Below, one piece after another: positions 36,347 to 44,435 of a stretch of 44,435 bases of DNA. How positions within the stretch are numbered: position 1 is the stretch's first letter; the number at the start of each line of letters is the position of its first letter. This DNA comes from a virus. Its lineage: Duplodnaviria > Caudoviricetes. The notes beneath the pieces were generated by a model that did not search any database, was not told where the DNA came from, and saw only the letters and a list, made by a program, of their open reading frames with translations. The translations under genes were made by a program, and so were the position numbers. The DNA lies in the IMG/VR virus record IMGVR_UViG_3300021476_000009, positions 1 through 44,435 of that record. One strand, 5' to 3'.

Positions 36347-36948
36347 GACTTACTCTTTCCATGATTATGAAGAATTGTCATGTTCCAATCAGGTTCAATC
36401 ATCAGAATCCCACCCGGCTCAACTGGACCTTTTTTCTTTAAGATATCTTTTCTAGGATTTCCACCTTTATTGGCTGCTATCGCCTTAAGTAGTGTCATGA
36501 CTCGATTATGAGTAACTACCATATTTCCCTCTGGTGACTCAACTAAATCCTTCAGAAATGGAGTAATCCTATTGTAAAACTCATTATAACTTTCACCACC
36601 TGGAACTTTTGTATTTGGGTGGTCCATATAATTATGAACATCATCTAATGTATCATCAATTGTCATTCCAGTGAGTTCACCAACATTCCAATCTCTTAGC
36701 TTGGCTGTCGGTTCAAATTCATGATTCAATTCAGCCGTTATCGACTCACCAGTTTGAACCGCTCGTCTCAGATTAGATGTGTAGTAATTGTCAACGGGGA
36801 TTCCCCACTTTTTCAATTCACTAGCGGCTCTCATAGAGTCCTGATGCCCATCTTGAGATAATGGAATATCCATCCAACCACGGAGCCGTTCCTTACCACT
36901 CTCTTCAGCGTTTAAATCAGTTCTTCCATGCCTAACTGCTACAAGCAT
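36343..36948 (-). CDS. Histidine phosphatase (phosphoglycerate mutase-like superfamily)
   Basis: VRHG.T..N, G..DIPL...G, S.L.RA.QT, PGGES, VTH. Confidence 0.9.
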   Translation of the reverse strand: MLVAVRHGRTDLNAEESGKERLRGWMDIPLSQDGHQDSMRAASELKKWGIPVDNYYTSNLRRAVQTGESITAELNHEFEPTAKLRDWNVGELTGMTIDDTLDDVHNYMDHPNTKVPGGESYNEFYNRITPFLKDLVESPEGNMVVTHNRVMTLLKAIAANKGGNPRKDILKKKGPVEPGGILMIEPDWNMTILHNHGKSKS

Positions 36949-36982
36949 AACTAACCCTTAACTTCTTCAATTCTTAGCTTCT

Positions 36983-38644
36983 TTAGTGGCGATGAAACCT
37001 TCTGACCATTTTTGGTCTATTTTCAGCTTCTAAGGTTCTCATATTCCTATAGAATGCTGTATGATCTTTAGTATTCTGTAGCATTGCTACAATATTAGAT
37101 TCTTTCTGAACCTTCTTAAACTCATTCTGAGATTCATCGAAATATCTCTCAGCCGTATCACATGCATATCTTAAATCATCATATGGGTCATCACCATCAA
37201 ATTCGGCTATGTCCTCAGCAGGTTTATTATTTCTAGGCCTATCATATGAACATGCTCTTATAGTATCAATCATTATTGGGCAGCAATATGGATGACCATC
37301 ATGTGAATCTTCTTTGCACTTAAAAATTTGTAGTCTTGGTAAGTTCTTCTCTTCCTCAGGTGGATTAAATAAACTTAGATACGATTTGTATTCAATCATA
37401 CCTTTATTTCGTAGTATCCAAAGTGCATGTTCTTCTGAGTACATAGGCATCTCAGACGTTGGTAATACTGGTCTTGGCTTCCAACGTAGATACTCATGAA
37501 CTAACATCTTACCAGCAATTCTAGAACCACGTGAATTATTTGAAAGCTCAATTGGAAACCCAATAGCAGATTCAATCTGTTCTTGAATTGTATGTTCCTG
37601 ACCCATATCTTGAGCCGCACTCTTACAGAATTTAATAACTCTAGGAATTTCTCTCTTACAGAAATCTTTAATTATTGGTGCCCAATCTTCAATCTTTGTT
37701 TCTCTCCAATATAGTTCACGATACAAATACAAACGTCTATTCGGGCTTACAGCATAGAATCCTATATATGTCATTGCTCTAAATCCCCAATCACCAATTA
37801 CAAATCTTGGCCACCAATCGGGGATTTCAAACGGCTCAATAACATGTAAAGCACTCTCCGGCTCATCTGGATAATGCTTATCCCTAAACTCATCAAATAC
37901 TTGACCAAGATAAGCAGACCAGTCACCAAACTTTTTAGCCCTTCTTTCGGCTTCAGGACGACCATCAAGAGACTGTGAATAGGATGGATCGATATGGTCT
38001 TTATTATCTTCAAGTGTTGCATGAATATAAATCCTTTTGTTTCCACCTTTCCCGACAATGATCTTTCCCCCATCTGGATAAGGATCTACAAATCGTTTTT
38101 TAACAAATAAATGACCTACTCCTCCTGGCATTCCAGCCGCACGGGTAATTGCTGGTAATCCAGAATCTTTAGGAGCCCTATTTCTTTCAAATGCAATATA
38201 CAAATATATGTATTCAGTGTCATTAGTAAGCTCATCAGGGGTGAATAGTGAGATCTCCATTGAATCATAATTATGGACATCTTTCTCACTCTCACAATGA
38301 CTCATGAAGATTTGTGCACCAGCGTTAGAATACATTCCAGCTCCATATTGATCTTCTCTTGGAAATGTCCAACACATATCTGAACCATTCCAGGAAGCAC
38401 CAAAGGGAGCATATAAATCACGACCACGACCAATAACCTCTTTCTTTAAGTCTTTGTAAGTTCTACGCATGAAAACTTGTTTGAATTTAGGATTTTCATG
38501 TAGCTTATGAACAATTCCATAAATCAATAATACGTCAGTCTTTCCACTACCGGCACCTCCACCAAATACAGCTTCTTTGATAGAGAATGGTACTGACAGA
38601 AACAGCTCTTGCTTTTTATTTGGCTTCCAATTAATTGTATTCAC
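36983..38644 (-). CDS. terL: Terminase large subunit
   Basis: KQ motif, Walker A GGGAGSGKT, Walker B-like FTPDE, PGG, and nuclease motifs GDWG and DD.YD..RY. Confidence 0.92.
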   Translation of the reverse strand: MNTINWKPNKKQELFLSVPFSIKEAVFGGGAGSGKTDVLLIYGIVHKLHENPKFKQVFMRRTYKDLKKEVIGRGRDLYAPFGASWNGSDMCWTFPREDQYGAGMYSNAGAQIFMSHCESEKDVHNYDSMEISLFTPDELTNDTEYIYLYIAFERNRAPKDSGLPAITRAAGMPGGVGHLFVKKRFVDPYPDGGKIIVGKGGNKRIYIHATLEDNKDHIDPSYSQSLDGRPEAERRAKKFGDWSAYLGQVFDEFRDKHYPDEPESALHVIEPFEIPDWWPRFVIGDWGFRAMTYIGFYAVSPNRRLYLYRELYWRETKIEDWAPIIKDFCKREIPRVIKFCKSAAQDMGQEHTIQEQIESAIGFPIELSNNSRGSRIAGKMLVHEYLRWKPRPVLPTSEMPMYSEEHALWILRNKGMIEYKSYLSLFNPPEEEKNLPRLQIFKCKEDSHDGHPYCCPIMIDTIRACSYDRPRNNKPAEDIAEFDGDDPYDDLRYACDTAERYFDESQNEFKKVQKESNIVAMLQNTKDHTAFYRNMRTLEAENRPKMVRRFHRH

Positions 38645-38676
38645 AATGTTTTTTGTTATGCTATTCTCGCTTCGCG

Positions 38677-38755
38677 GTCACTCTTCACTAGTCTTCCTTC
38701 ACTAGTCTCACTAGTCTCACTAGTCTCACTAGTCTCACTAGTCTGACTAACTAGT
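38677..38755. repeat. Tandem 9-bp ACTAGTCTC repeat array
   Basis: About five consecutive units at 38701-38744 plus flanking degenerate units. Confidence 0.9.
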
Positions 38756-39799
38756 AGCTCTATAAACAAGAAATCCTGCCATGCTAGTTGTGTTGCCTAT
38801 GTCACCTGCTGCTAAAGCAGTAGTGCTAGCCGCAGCGGCTTGTGTTCCCTGAACAGCAGCTGCTGTTGTATTAACAACCGTAATTGCAACAACTGAAATC
38901 CAGTTTGTGGCTAGGCTAGCAAATGAAATAGCTCCTACTCCGCTCTCATTTGTTACGTTATGAGTAGTGTATGGAAGACCTTGAATCTGAATAGATCCAG
39001 TAATTGTTCCTTTAGCACTTAGGGTTGCCTTGTACTGAGCCCAGACAAGTTTTCCAATCTTAACATAAGACCCAACTTGGACAGTATACGTCTGACCAGT
39101 TGTTGAAGTTGCACCCCCAATTACAGGAGTCCAGGTTCCTACTGAATAATCATCTATAGTATTTGCATTTGTTGATGCATTCTGAGTAGAAGGGAATTTT
39201 ATTTGACCAGCAGATGCACCACTGGCATCTATTAAACCTTGCTGAGTTAGTGTTCCTGATACTGTAGCAGATGGAAATGTTGGTGCTGACGTCCATGCTG
39301 GGTCAGCACCAGTGACTCCTTGAAGTGTTTGGTTAGTAGTCCCAACTAGACCAACAATAGATGCAAATTGCCCTTCACCGATAAGAACTGCATGAGCACT
39401 CGAAGGGACTCCAAGCGATGCAACTATTTTAAGGTTGCCATTGCTATCATGAATTGTAACATCAGCATCTTTGTAGACTAAGTTGTCACCAGATGCCAGA
39501 GCTATCTTAAAGATATTTCTAAATGTTCCATTGTCATTAATTCGAACTGTAGCAGTATCAGTTACCGTATCAAGATTGAAAACTGTAAATTCTCTGACTA
39601 TTATAATGTGGCTAGATGAGGCTGGAGCCGCAACCATTGTAACTGCAGTTGCACTGTTTGTTGCTCCATCTGACTCAGTTGCTGTGCCAATACTACTTAA
39701 TATATCGACATAATGAGCAGTCCAAGGAAGCTGATTTGTAGTGATAGCTCCGCCAAGAATAATCTCAAGAGACTTGAGTGTTGTATCGAGGACAATCAT
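38747..39799 (-). CDS. Tail fibre/receptor-binding-like protein
   Basis: DDY..GTWTP....G.Y.KIG.LV...I.GLPY, a C-terminal motif typical of phage fibre tips. Confidence 0.7.
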   Translation of the reverse strand: MIVLDTTLKSLEIILGGAITTNQLPWTAHYVDILSSIGTATESDGATNSATAVTMVAAPASSSHIIIVREFTVFNLDTVTDTATVRINDNGTFRNIFKIALASGDNLVYKDADVTIHDSNGNLKIVASLGVPSSAHAVLIGEGQFASIVGLVGTTNQTLQGVTGADPAWTSAPTFPSATVSGTLTQQGLIDASGASAGQIKFPSTQNASTNANTIDDYSVGTWTPVIGGATSTTGQTYTVQVGSYVKIGKLVWAQYKATLSAKGTITGSIQIQGLPYTTHNVTNESGVGAISFASLATNWISVVAITVVNTTAAAVQGTQAAAASTTALAAGDIGNTTSMAGFLVYRATS

Positions 39800-39806
39800 T
39801 ATTTAA

Positions 39807-40829
39807 CTAGAGAGCAACTACAACACCAGTAATCGTAACTACGTTTGTTATTGATGTCACTGTTGTCACTGCTGTTAGTGTATCTGCTGGTTTTAATCTA
39901 GTTGATAGATTAACATCTAGTTTAGAAGATATCGTATCTAAGTCAGACTTGATTGACGCTAGATTTCCACCAGATTCAAGAGCCAGTGAAGATGTATTTA
40001 AGTTTGTCCCAGCATTAGCTGTTACCGTACCTGAAACTGTTACTGAGCCTGAATCAATAATTGCATGCTGCTGATCGCTAGGCTTTGTCCTAGTACTAAG
40101 AGCTACGTCTAGATTATCAGTATCTAATGCAATTTCAGCGACGCTCGTTGCAGTATTACTAGTATTTGTAGCTGTATTACTAGTATTTGTAACTATACTA
40201 TCAGTATCAGTTTTGATTAAAGCTAGATTATCAGTATCTAATGCAATTTCAGCAACACTAGTAGCTGTATTGGAAGTGTTTGTTGCAGTGTTTGAAGTAT
40301 TCGTTACTATACTATCAGTATCAGTTTTAATCAATGCTAGGTTATCAGTATCTAATGCGATCTCCGCAGTACTTGCAGCAGTATTACTAGTATTTGTTGC
40401 AGTATTACTAGTATTTGTTGCAGTATTTGAAGTATTTGTTGCAGTATTAGAAGTATTTGTAACGATGCTATCGGTATCTGTCTTAATTAGTGGTAAGCTG
40501 TCAGTATCTGTCTTAATTAATGCTAAATTATCAGTATCTAATGCAATTTCAGCGACGCTCGTAGCTGTACTTGAAGTATTTGTAGCTGTATTAGCAGTGT
40601 TTGTAACTATACTATCAGTATCTGTCTTGATTGCTGGTAAATTATCAGTATCAATTTTAATTAATGCTAAATTGTCAGTGTCCAATGCAATTTCTGCAGT
40701 ACTTGTGGCTGTGTTTAAAGTATTTGTATCTGTTGATGGACCAGCAAATGTCCCATCATTAGTAACAGCAATGGGAACCCCACTACTATTATCTACTTCC
40801 AAAACTCCACTAACTGTGACGCCAGCCAT
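39807..40829 (-). CDS. Repetitive T/N/D-rich coiled-coil fibre protein
   Basis: Repeats of AEIALDTDNLALIKTDTDSIVTN and TSNTATN heptads. Confidence 0.75.
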   Translation of the reverse strand: MAGVTVSGVLEVDNSSGVPIAVTNDGTFAGPSTDTNTLNTATSTAEIALDTDNLALIKIDTDNLPAIKTDTDSIVTNTANTATNTSSTATSVAEIALDTDNLALIKTDTDSLPLIKTDTDSIVTNTSNTATNTSNTATNTSNTATNTSNTAASTAEIALDTDNLALIKTDTDSIVTNTSNTATNTSNTATSVAEIALDTDNLALIKTDTDSIVTNTSNTATNTSNTATSVAEIALDTDNLDVALSTRTKPSDQQHAIIDSGSVTVSGTVTANAGTNLNTSSLALESGGNLASIKSDLDTISSKLDVNLSTRLKPADTLTAVTTVTSITNVVTITGVVVAL

Positions 40830-40831
40830 TT

Positions 40832-41050
40832 TTATTCAGAGACCCTAACTCGTGAATCTTGCTTAGGAAGAATCCCATCAACAACAGATGTGATCTGATT
40901 CCTAAGATCCTGTGCTTCTTTGACTGCTTCAATATAATCAGCACTAGCCTTATCTAATACTTTTTGAGCTGCTATGACAGCATTGGACTTTGTCCCTACA
41001 TTGTCCAATGCTTGGTCCAGCTTGGTAAAAAGGTCTGATGCCTGTCCCAT
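40832..41050 (-). CDS. Small coiled-coil protein
   Basis: 72 aa, amphipathic helical pattern, within the operon. Confidence 0.7.
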   Translation of the reverse strand: MGQASDLFTKLDQALDNVGTKSNAVIAAQKVLDKASADYIEAVKEAQDLRNQITSVVDGILPKQDSRVRVSE

Positions 41051-41051
41051 T

Positions 41052-41396
41052 TTAGTTTCCTTTGTACTGAACAGTAACAGTTCCAGTAACTACTGGAGTT
41101 GAGATATTAGCTCTTAGAAATGGATAAATCCCACTAATATTTGAAGCAATTTCCTTTGATGCTTGGATTGTTATTGCACTTCCAACAGGAGCCCAGGTTC
41201 CTGAGTAACCAGGATCATCAGCAGTTTCAATCTGAATTGCCCCAGCGGCTACTCCAGAAGAGCCGTTGATCGTAAAAATATGTTCAGTGAATGAGTTAGG
41301 AATTGCTATTACAGTTCCTGATCCAGTAGTTGCTGCTGATTGAACTGTAACTGGGACACCTCTCATTGCAGACGTTATCACAGCCATAGAGTTCAC
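41052..41396 (-). CDS. Small beta-rich virion protein
   Basis: G.IQIE....Y.GTW..V...FLRA pattern. Confidence 0.65.
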   Translation of the reverse strand: MNSMAVITSAMRGVPVTVQSAATTGSGTVIAIPNSFTEHIFTINGSSGVAAGAIQIETADDPGYSGTWAPVGSAITIQASKEIASNISGIYPFLRANISTPVVTGTVTVQYKGN

Positions 41397-41662
41397 CAGT
41401 CCATTCTCTTTCCACCTAGGAAAACCATAACAACACTAGCTACATGTCCTACTGTGTTAATAGCAAATATAGGAGAATACAACGCACTCCAGCAATTACA
41501 AGATCTTACTGGTCCTACTGCATCAGCCGCTATTGTGGCAACTATTAAACAAAATCCAATAGAGACTAATGCTAAACCAGTAGCATTACGATTAACAGCT
41601 TGGGCGGCAGCGGCTGGGTTTCGTTCTTCAATTCCCATATCAGACCTTTTTATCCTGACCAC
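41393..41662 (-). CDS. Small membrane protein
   Basis: Two hydrophobic segments flanking a CNC motif. Confidence 0.55.
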   Translation of the reverse strand: MVRIKRSDMGIEERNPAAAAQAVNRNATGLALVSIGFCLIVATIAADAVGPVRSCNCWSALYSPIFAINTVGHVASVVMVFLGGKRMDW

Positions 41663-41840
41663 TATGTCTTATCTCATTACGACCTATGAGTCTCTGAACC
41701 TGCTGAACTAAATTAAAAATTATCTCATCATGCTTCTCTAGTTTACCTCTGAAGTTAGTGATTTCATTCTTCATTAGATATCCAACAGCCGCAATCAGAG
41801 TAGCAATTATAACCTGTCCTAAGTCAATATGAAATACCAT
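41640..41840 (-). CDS. Holin-like single-TM coiled-coil protein
   Basis: TM segment VIIATLIAAVGYL followed by a coiled coil; probable start MVFHID at 41840. Confidence 0.5.
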   Translation of the reverse strand: MVFHIDLGQVIIATLIAAVGYLMKNEITNFRGKLEKHDEIIFNLVQQVQRLIGRNEIRHSGQDKKV

Positions 41841-41844
41841 TAGT

Positions 41845-42948
41845 TTAGATTGTTCCATTTCCAAATAATCTGAAGCCATAATTAGACCCAACCAAATTAG
41901 TATTTCTAACATCATCCTCGTTTAGCTGTTTCCTGATAAACTGATATGCTACCGTTTCAAAGAATATTATTCCAACAGACTTCTGCCCATTTAAGTAATA
42001 TGGTGTATGTGGACAGTTTTCGGACAAAGAACCAAGCAGTCTCGTTGCAACCTGAGAAACCCCAACTGGATCTGCTGGATATGATAATAATTCAACGAAG
42101 AATGCATCTAGAATATCAAGTTGATTATTATTCCAATCAGCAGAGCCGTTGCCCATATGGCAATATCCAATAGTACCTGGTCCAGCAAATTCAGCTGCAA
42201 TACAAGCATTAGCTCCTAAAACTGATCTCATCAATTTTAACATTTGAACTGTTTGGTCCTTAGTCCAATTTGGAAATCCACCATCCCATGATGGAGTCCA
42301 CAAACAGTATGGAACAAATGATGATAGAGCATTAATAATTTTAGGGATATTTTGCATCCCCCAATCCCAGCCGTACGTCATCCCATTCGAATCGTATTCC
42401 TGTCCATCAGCGGCTAGATGAACTATTGGAACAAACCCAGCTTTAATTACATAATTAAGTATTGTACTGAACTCATCTAACTTTTGTGTCCAGTCAGAAC
42501 CGGGAATAGGATAACGTGGAGCCCAACCTAAATTCTCATTGTAGTCACCACTGATATCTAGATTGATATGTGTGGCATTATTATTTTTTAGTTTAGTGAC
42601 CCAATCCAAAGCCTTAGTGGGATTATTGAGAATAAGATAATCTATGAACGCATCAAATATTGGAATTCCATCTGAATCGTATAGATTGCAGAAGCTACCG
42701 TTGACATTGATAATTTGATCTCTAGACGGAGGACTTGGATATAAACCTAATGCTGTTCTGAGTTCTCCATTGACCTTGGCTAATGCTGTATTTGGTGATA
42801 GATTATTTTGGTATATGTTAGCCATTACTCTAGATGGCCAAACATCGTATCCAGAGTCAGAAGCTGCAGCTCTGCCTGCATCTGTATAACTCTGATGCAA
42901 TGTTGGTCCAACTGTAACTGTTACAAAACTCTCGTCGTACTGCCACAT
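41845..42948 (-). CDS. Putative glycoside-hydrolase-like (TIM-barrel) protein
   Basis: Alternating beta/alpha pattern, Trp/Tyr/Asp-rich, late FFE strand resembling a clan GH-A nucleophile. Family not established. Confidence 0.4.
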   Translation of the reverse strand: MWQYDESFVTVTVGPTLHQSYTDAGRAAASDSGYDVWPSRVMANIYQNNLSPNTALAKVNGELRTALGLYPSPPSRDQIINVNGSFCNLYDSDGIPIFDAFIDYLILNNPTKALDWVTKLKNNNATHINLDISGDYNENLGWAPRYPIPGSDWTQKLDEFSTILNYVIKAGFVPIVHLAADGQEYDSNGMTYGWDWGMQNIPKIINALSSFVPYCLWTPSWDGGFPNWTKDQTVQMLKLMRSVLGANACIAAEFAGPGTIGYCHMGNGSADWNNNQLDILDAFFVELLSYPADPVGVSQVATRLLGSLSENCPHTPYYLNGQKSVGIIFFETVAYQFIRKQLNEDDVRNTNLVGSNYGFRLFGNGTI

Positions 42949-42960
42949 GATTAATTAATT

Positions 42961-43110
42961 CTAACTAGTAGGAGTAGTTGGAGTTGAAGGACTTGGATTC
43001 TTAATATTATGTATGAGAGCCTGAACACCAGCACTAATCAACTGTTCAATTTCATCTGGATGATTTTCAACATATTTAACTAATAGTTTAACAACCCAAC
43101 TCCAGTTCAT
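42961..43110 (-). CDS. Small protein (49 aa; not in ORF track)
   Basis: AGGAGGAG SD; MNWSWVVKLLVKYVENHPDEIEQLISAGVQ...PTTPTS. Confidence 0.75.
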   Translation of the reverse strand: MNWSWVVKLLVKYVENHPDEIEQLISAGVQALIHNIKNPSPSTPTTPTS

Positions 43111-43142
43111 CACTCCTCCTCTTTAATTTGATATGATTTGAA

Positions 43143-43235
43143 TCTGATGTTGCTGTTGCTTCTGATGTTGCTGTTGCTTCTGATGTTTATCTGATGTTGC
43201 TGTTGCTTCTGATGTTTATCTGATGTTGCTGTTGA
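43143..43235. repeat. Intergenic mini-array of 18-bp and 11-bp units with a TCTGATGT core
   Basis: Unit lengths 18-18-11-18-11-17, giving six TCTGATGTT starts. Confidence 0.9.
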
Positions 43236-43240
43236 TGCAA

Positions 43241-43561
43241 TTACTCTTCTAGAATCTCGCGGATTGCCGTTGCTGCTTGTTGCTGTTGCTGTGAATCCAT
43301 TCCCTTTGACTTTAGGATTAATACGATCCGTTCCATTTTGCCACTGATGCTTTTTGGATCTATTTCGACTCGAGGTGTATTTGATAGAATCTGATTCGAC
43401 AGAACAGACCTGGCAACGGCTTGTCTAAGTTTATCTGGAACTGATTCACCTACCTGGCTGACTATGTCCGGTGGTTTGAAACTAGTAATTTTCTCATCTG
43501 AAAGAATTTCATTTGGATCATGAGTAATTACAAGTTTCCCATCTACGATTTTAGATTTCAT
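43241..43561 (-). CDS. Hypothetical protein
   Basis: 106-aa ORF in the late operon. Confidence 0.7.
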   Translation of the reverse strand: MKSKIVDGKLVITHDPNEILSDEKITSFKPPDIVSQVGESVPDKLRQAVARSVLSNQILSNTPRVEIDPKSISGKMERIVLILKSKGMDSQQQQQAATAIREILEE

Positions 43562-43570
43562 TGTTAAGAA

Positions 43571-43804
43571 TTAACTCATAGTAAACGTATAAGTATTACC
43601 AGAAATACTAGCTGAGATAGTTGAAAGGCTATTCATATCAAATTCTTTCTTCTGATATGCAGATCCTACTGCTGGTTCTAGTACTAGCACTTCTTCTCCA
43701 AGCAGCATACTAACAACACCAATGTTACTAAATGTCTGTGCAGTTACCTGAACTCCCGGACCTACCTTAGCCGTTATCGTAACTGTACCAGTAAATGCTG
43801 CCAT
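43571..43804 (-). CDS. Small beta-rich protein
   Basis: AAGGA SD; the differences from the partial copy at 1-163 are synonymous. Confidence 0.85.
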   Translation of the reverse strand: MAAFTGTVTITAKVGPGVQVTAQTFSNIGVVSMLLGEEVLVLEPAVGSAYQKKEFDMNSLSTISASISGNTYTFTMS

Positions 43805-44435
43805 TTCTTATTTCCTTTCATTCACTAGTCTGACTAGTCACTCTAGTCACTCTAGTCACTCTTCACTAGTCTGACTAGTCTTTAACGTAAATCGTTTCAA
43901 AGTGCTCTTCTGCTACTTGTGACGGTGCATAAATTAGAATCTGAGGTCTGTTGTCTGCTTCAATCTTTTCGTTAGCGGCTGTAATAACTCGATTCATGCT
44001 CTCAACTATATTTGCAAGCTCTTTAGGCCTTTGGATGTCACTAAGTTTTACCTGGAGTTCATCTAATGCCGAGTTCATAATGAGAGCGGCTTTAGACTTC
44101 AACGAGCCTTGTGACAGTTTTTCGTCTAGATTCGGAATGATATCAGATGAAGTTACTTCGTGAGATACTATGTTTGTACTGGATGCATTCCTGCGGGGAG
44201 AGCGTAATTCAGATTTAAGTCTATTTAACAGATTTAAAGGAGACTCAAATCTTTCTATGGCTTCTGCTTCTTCTAAAATCATATAACTCTCTCAGCGGCT
44301 AGGGTTCTGAGCCACAGGGCAGCATAGCATGAACTTCGCGGCGTTGCAAGCATAACAATATGCTGTTTCTGGAATAGAATTGCATAAAGTTGATGATAAT
44401 GTCAACTTTTGATAATATCTCTTTCTGACTTGATT
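43642..44435. repeat. Right copy of imperfect terminal direct repeat
   Basis: Colinear with 1-769. Confidence 0.95.
43875..44282 (-). CDS. Hypothetical protein, possible terminase small subunit (copy 2)
   Basis: 120/135 aa identical to 209-616; many nucleotide differences are synonymous. Confidence 0.5.
   Translation of the reverse strand: MILEEAEAIERFESPLNLLNRLKSELRSPRRNASSTNIVSHEVTSSDIIPNLDEKLSQGSLKSKAALIMNSALDELQVKLSDIQRPKELANIVESMNRVITAANEKIEADNRPQILIYAPSQVAEEHFETIYVKD

Noticed and set aside
40213-40848. 211-aa + strand ORF
   Set aside because: Antisense shadow of the repetitive 39807-40829 gene, with no RBS and opposite to the operon direction.
43143-43235. Possible mini-CRISPR array
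   Set aside because: The units abut one another with no unique spacers, are too short, and no cas genes are present (the Cas4-like nuclease sits in a recombination module).
4064-44163. Many 60-150 aa ORFs nested in or antisense to larger genes (e.g. 4064-4384, 12641-13015, 24760-25167, 32863-33321, 43951-44163)
   Set aside because: They lie entirely within well-supported genes of strand-coherent operons and have shadow-like composition.
1-44435. Stop-codon reassignment suggested by the many TAG-containing motifs
   Set aside because: Core genes are full length in the standard code, and TAG, TGA and TAA all end genes at sensible boundaries; no suppressor tRNA was seen.
1-44435. Prophage or temperate lifestyle
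   Set aside because: No integrase, CI-like repressor, partition ATPase or flanking host genes were recognised.

Overview
An apparently complete, probably lytic, podovirus-like dsDNA phage genome with a unit length of about 43.64 kb. The last ~794 nt (43642-44435) repeat the first ~769 nt, but only imperfectly. The + strand arm (about 1.6-16.6 kb) holds small early genes, a SpoVG-like protein, an SNF2 helicase, a PD-(D/E)XK exonuclease/Sak4-like ATPase/SSB-like recombination module, an Acb2/Tad1-like helical-hairpin protein and an HNH endonuclease. It also holds a uracil-DNA-glycosylase-fused family A DNA polymerase with an Ala-starting (class 3-type) LAGLIDADG intein, a DUF3987-like P-loop protein, a cold-shock protein and a DUF1599-like protein. 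The - strand arm (about 44.3-16.66 kb) holds morphogenesis genes: terminase, portal, scaffold, major capsid, adaptor and nozzle, collagen-like fibres, an M15 endolysin and probable ejection proteins. Unexpected cargo in this arm includes a histidine phosphatase, a HiPIP-like Cys protein and a glycoside-hydrolase-like protein. No integrase, tRNA, CRISPR array, reverse transcriptase or recognisable primase was seen. The most unusual signals are non-coding: compact RNA folds (pseudoknot, three-way junction, hairpins) over or beside late-gene ribosome-binding sites, (A)GACTAGT 9-mer arrays at gene stop codons, two inverted 10-bp-phased repeat arrays around an AT-rich core and a perfect sigma70 promoter, and a multi-hairpin ~370-nt region. 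All annotations come from reading motifs by eye; no searches or folding programs were run.
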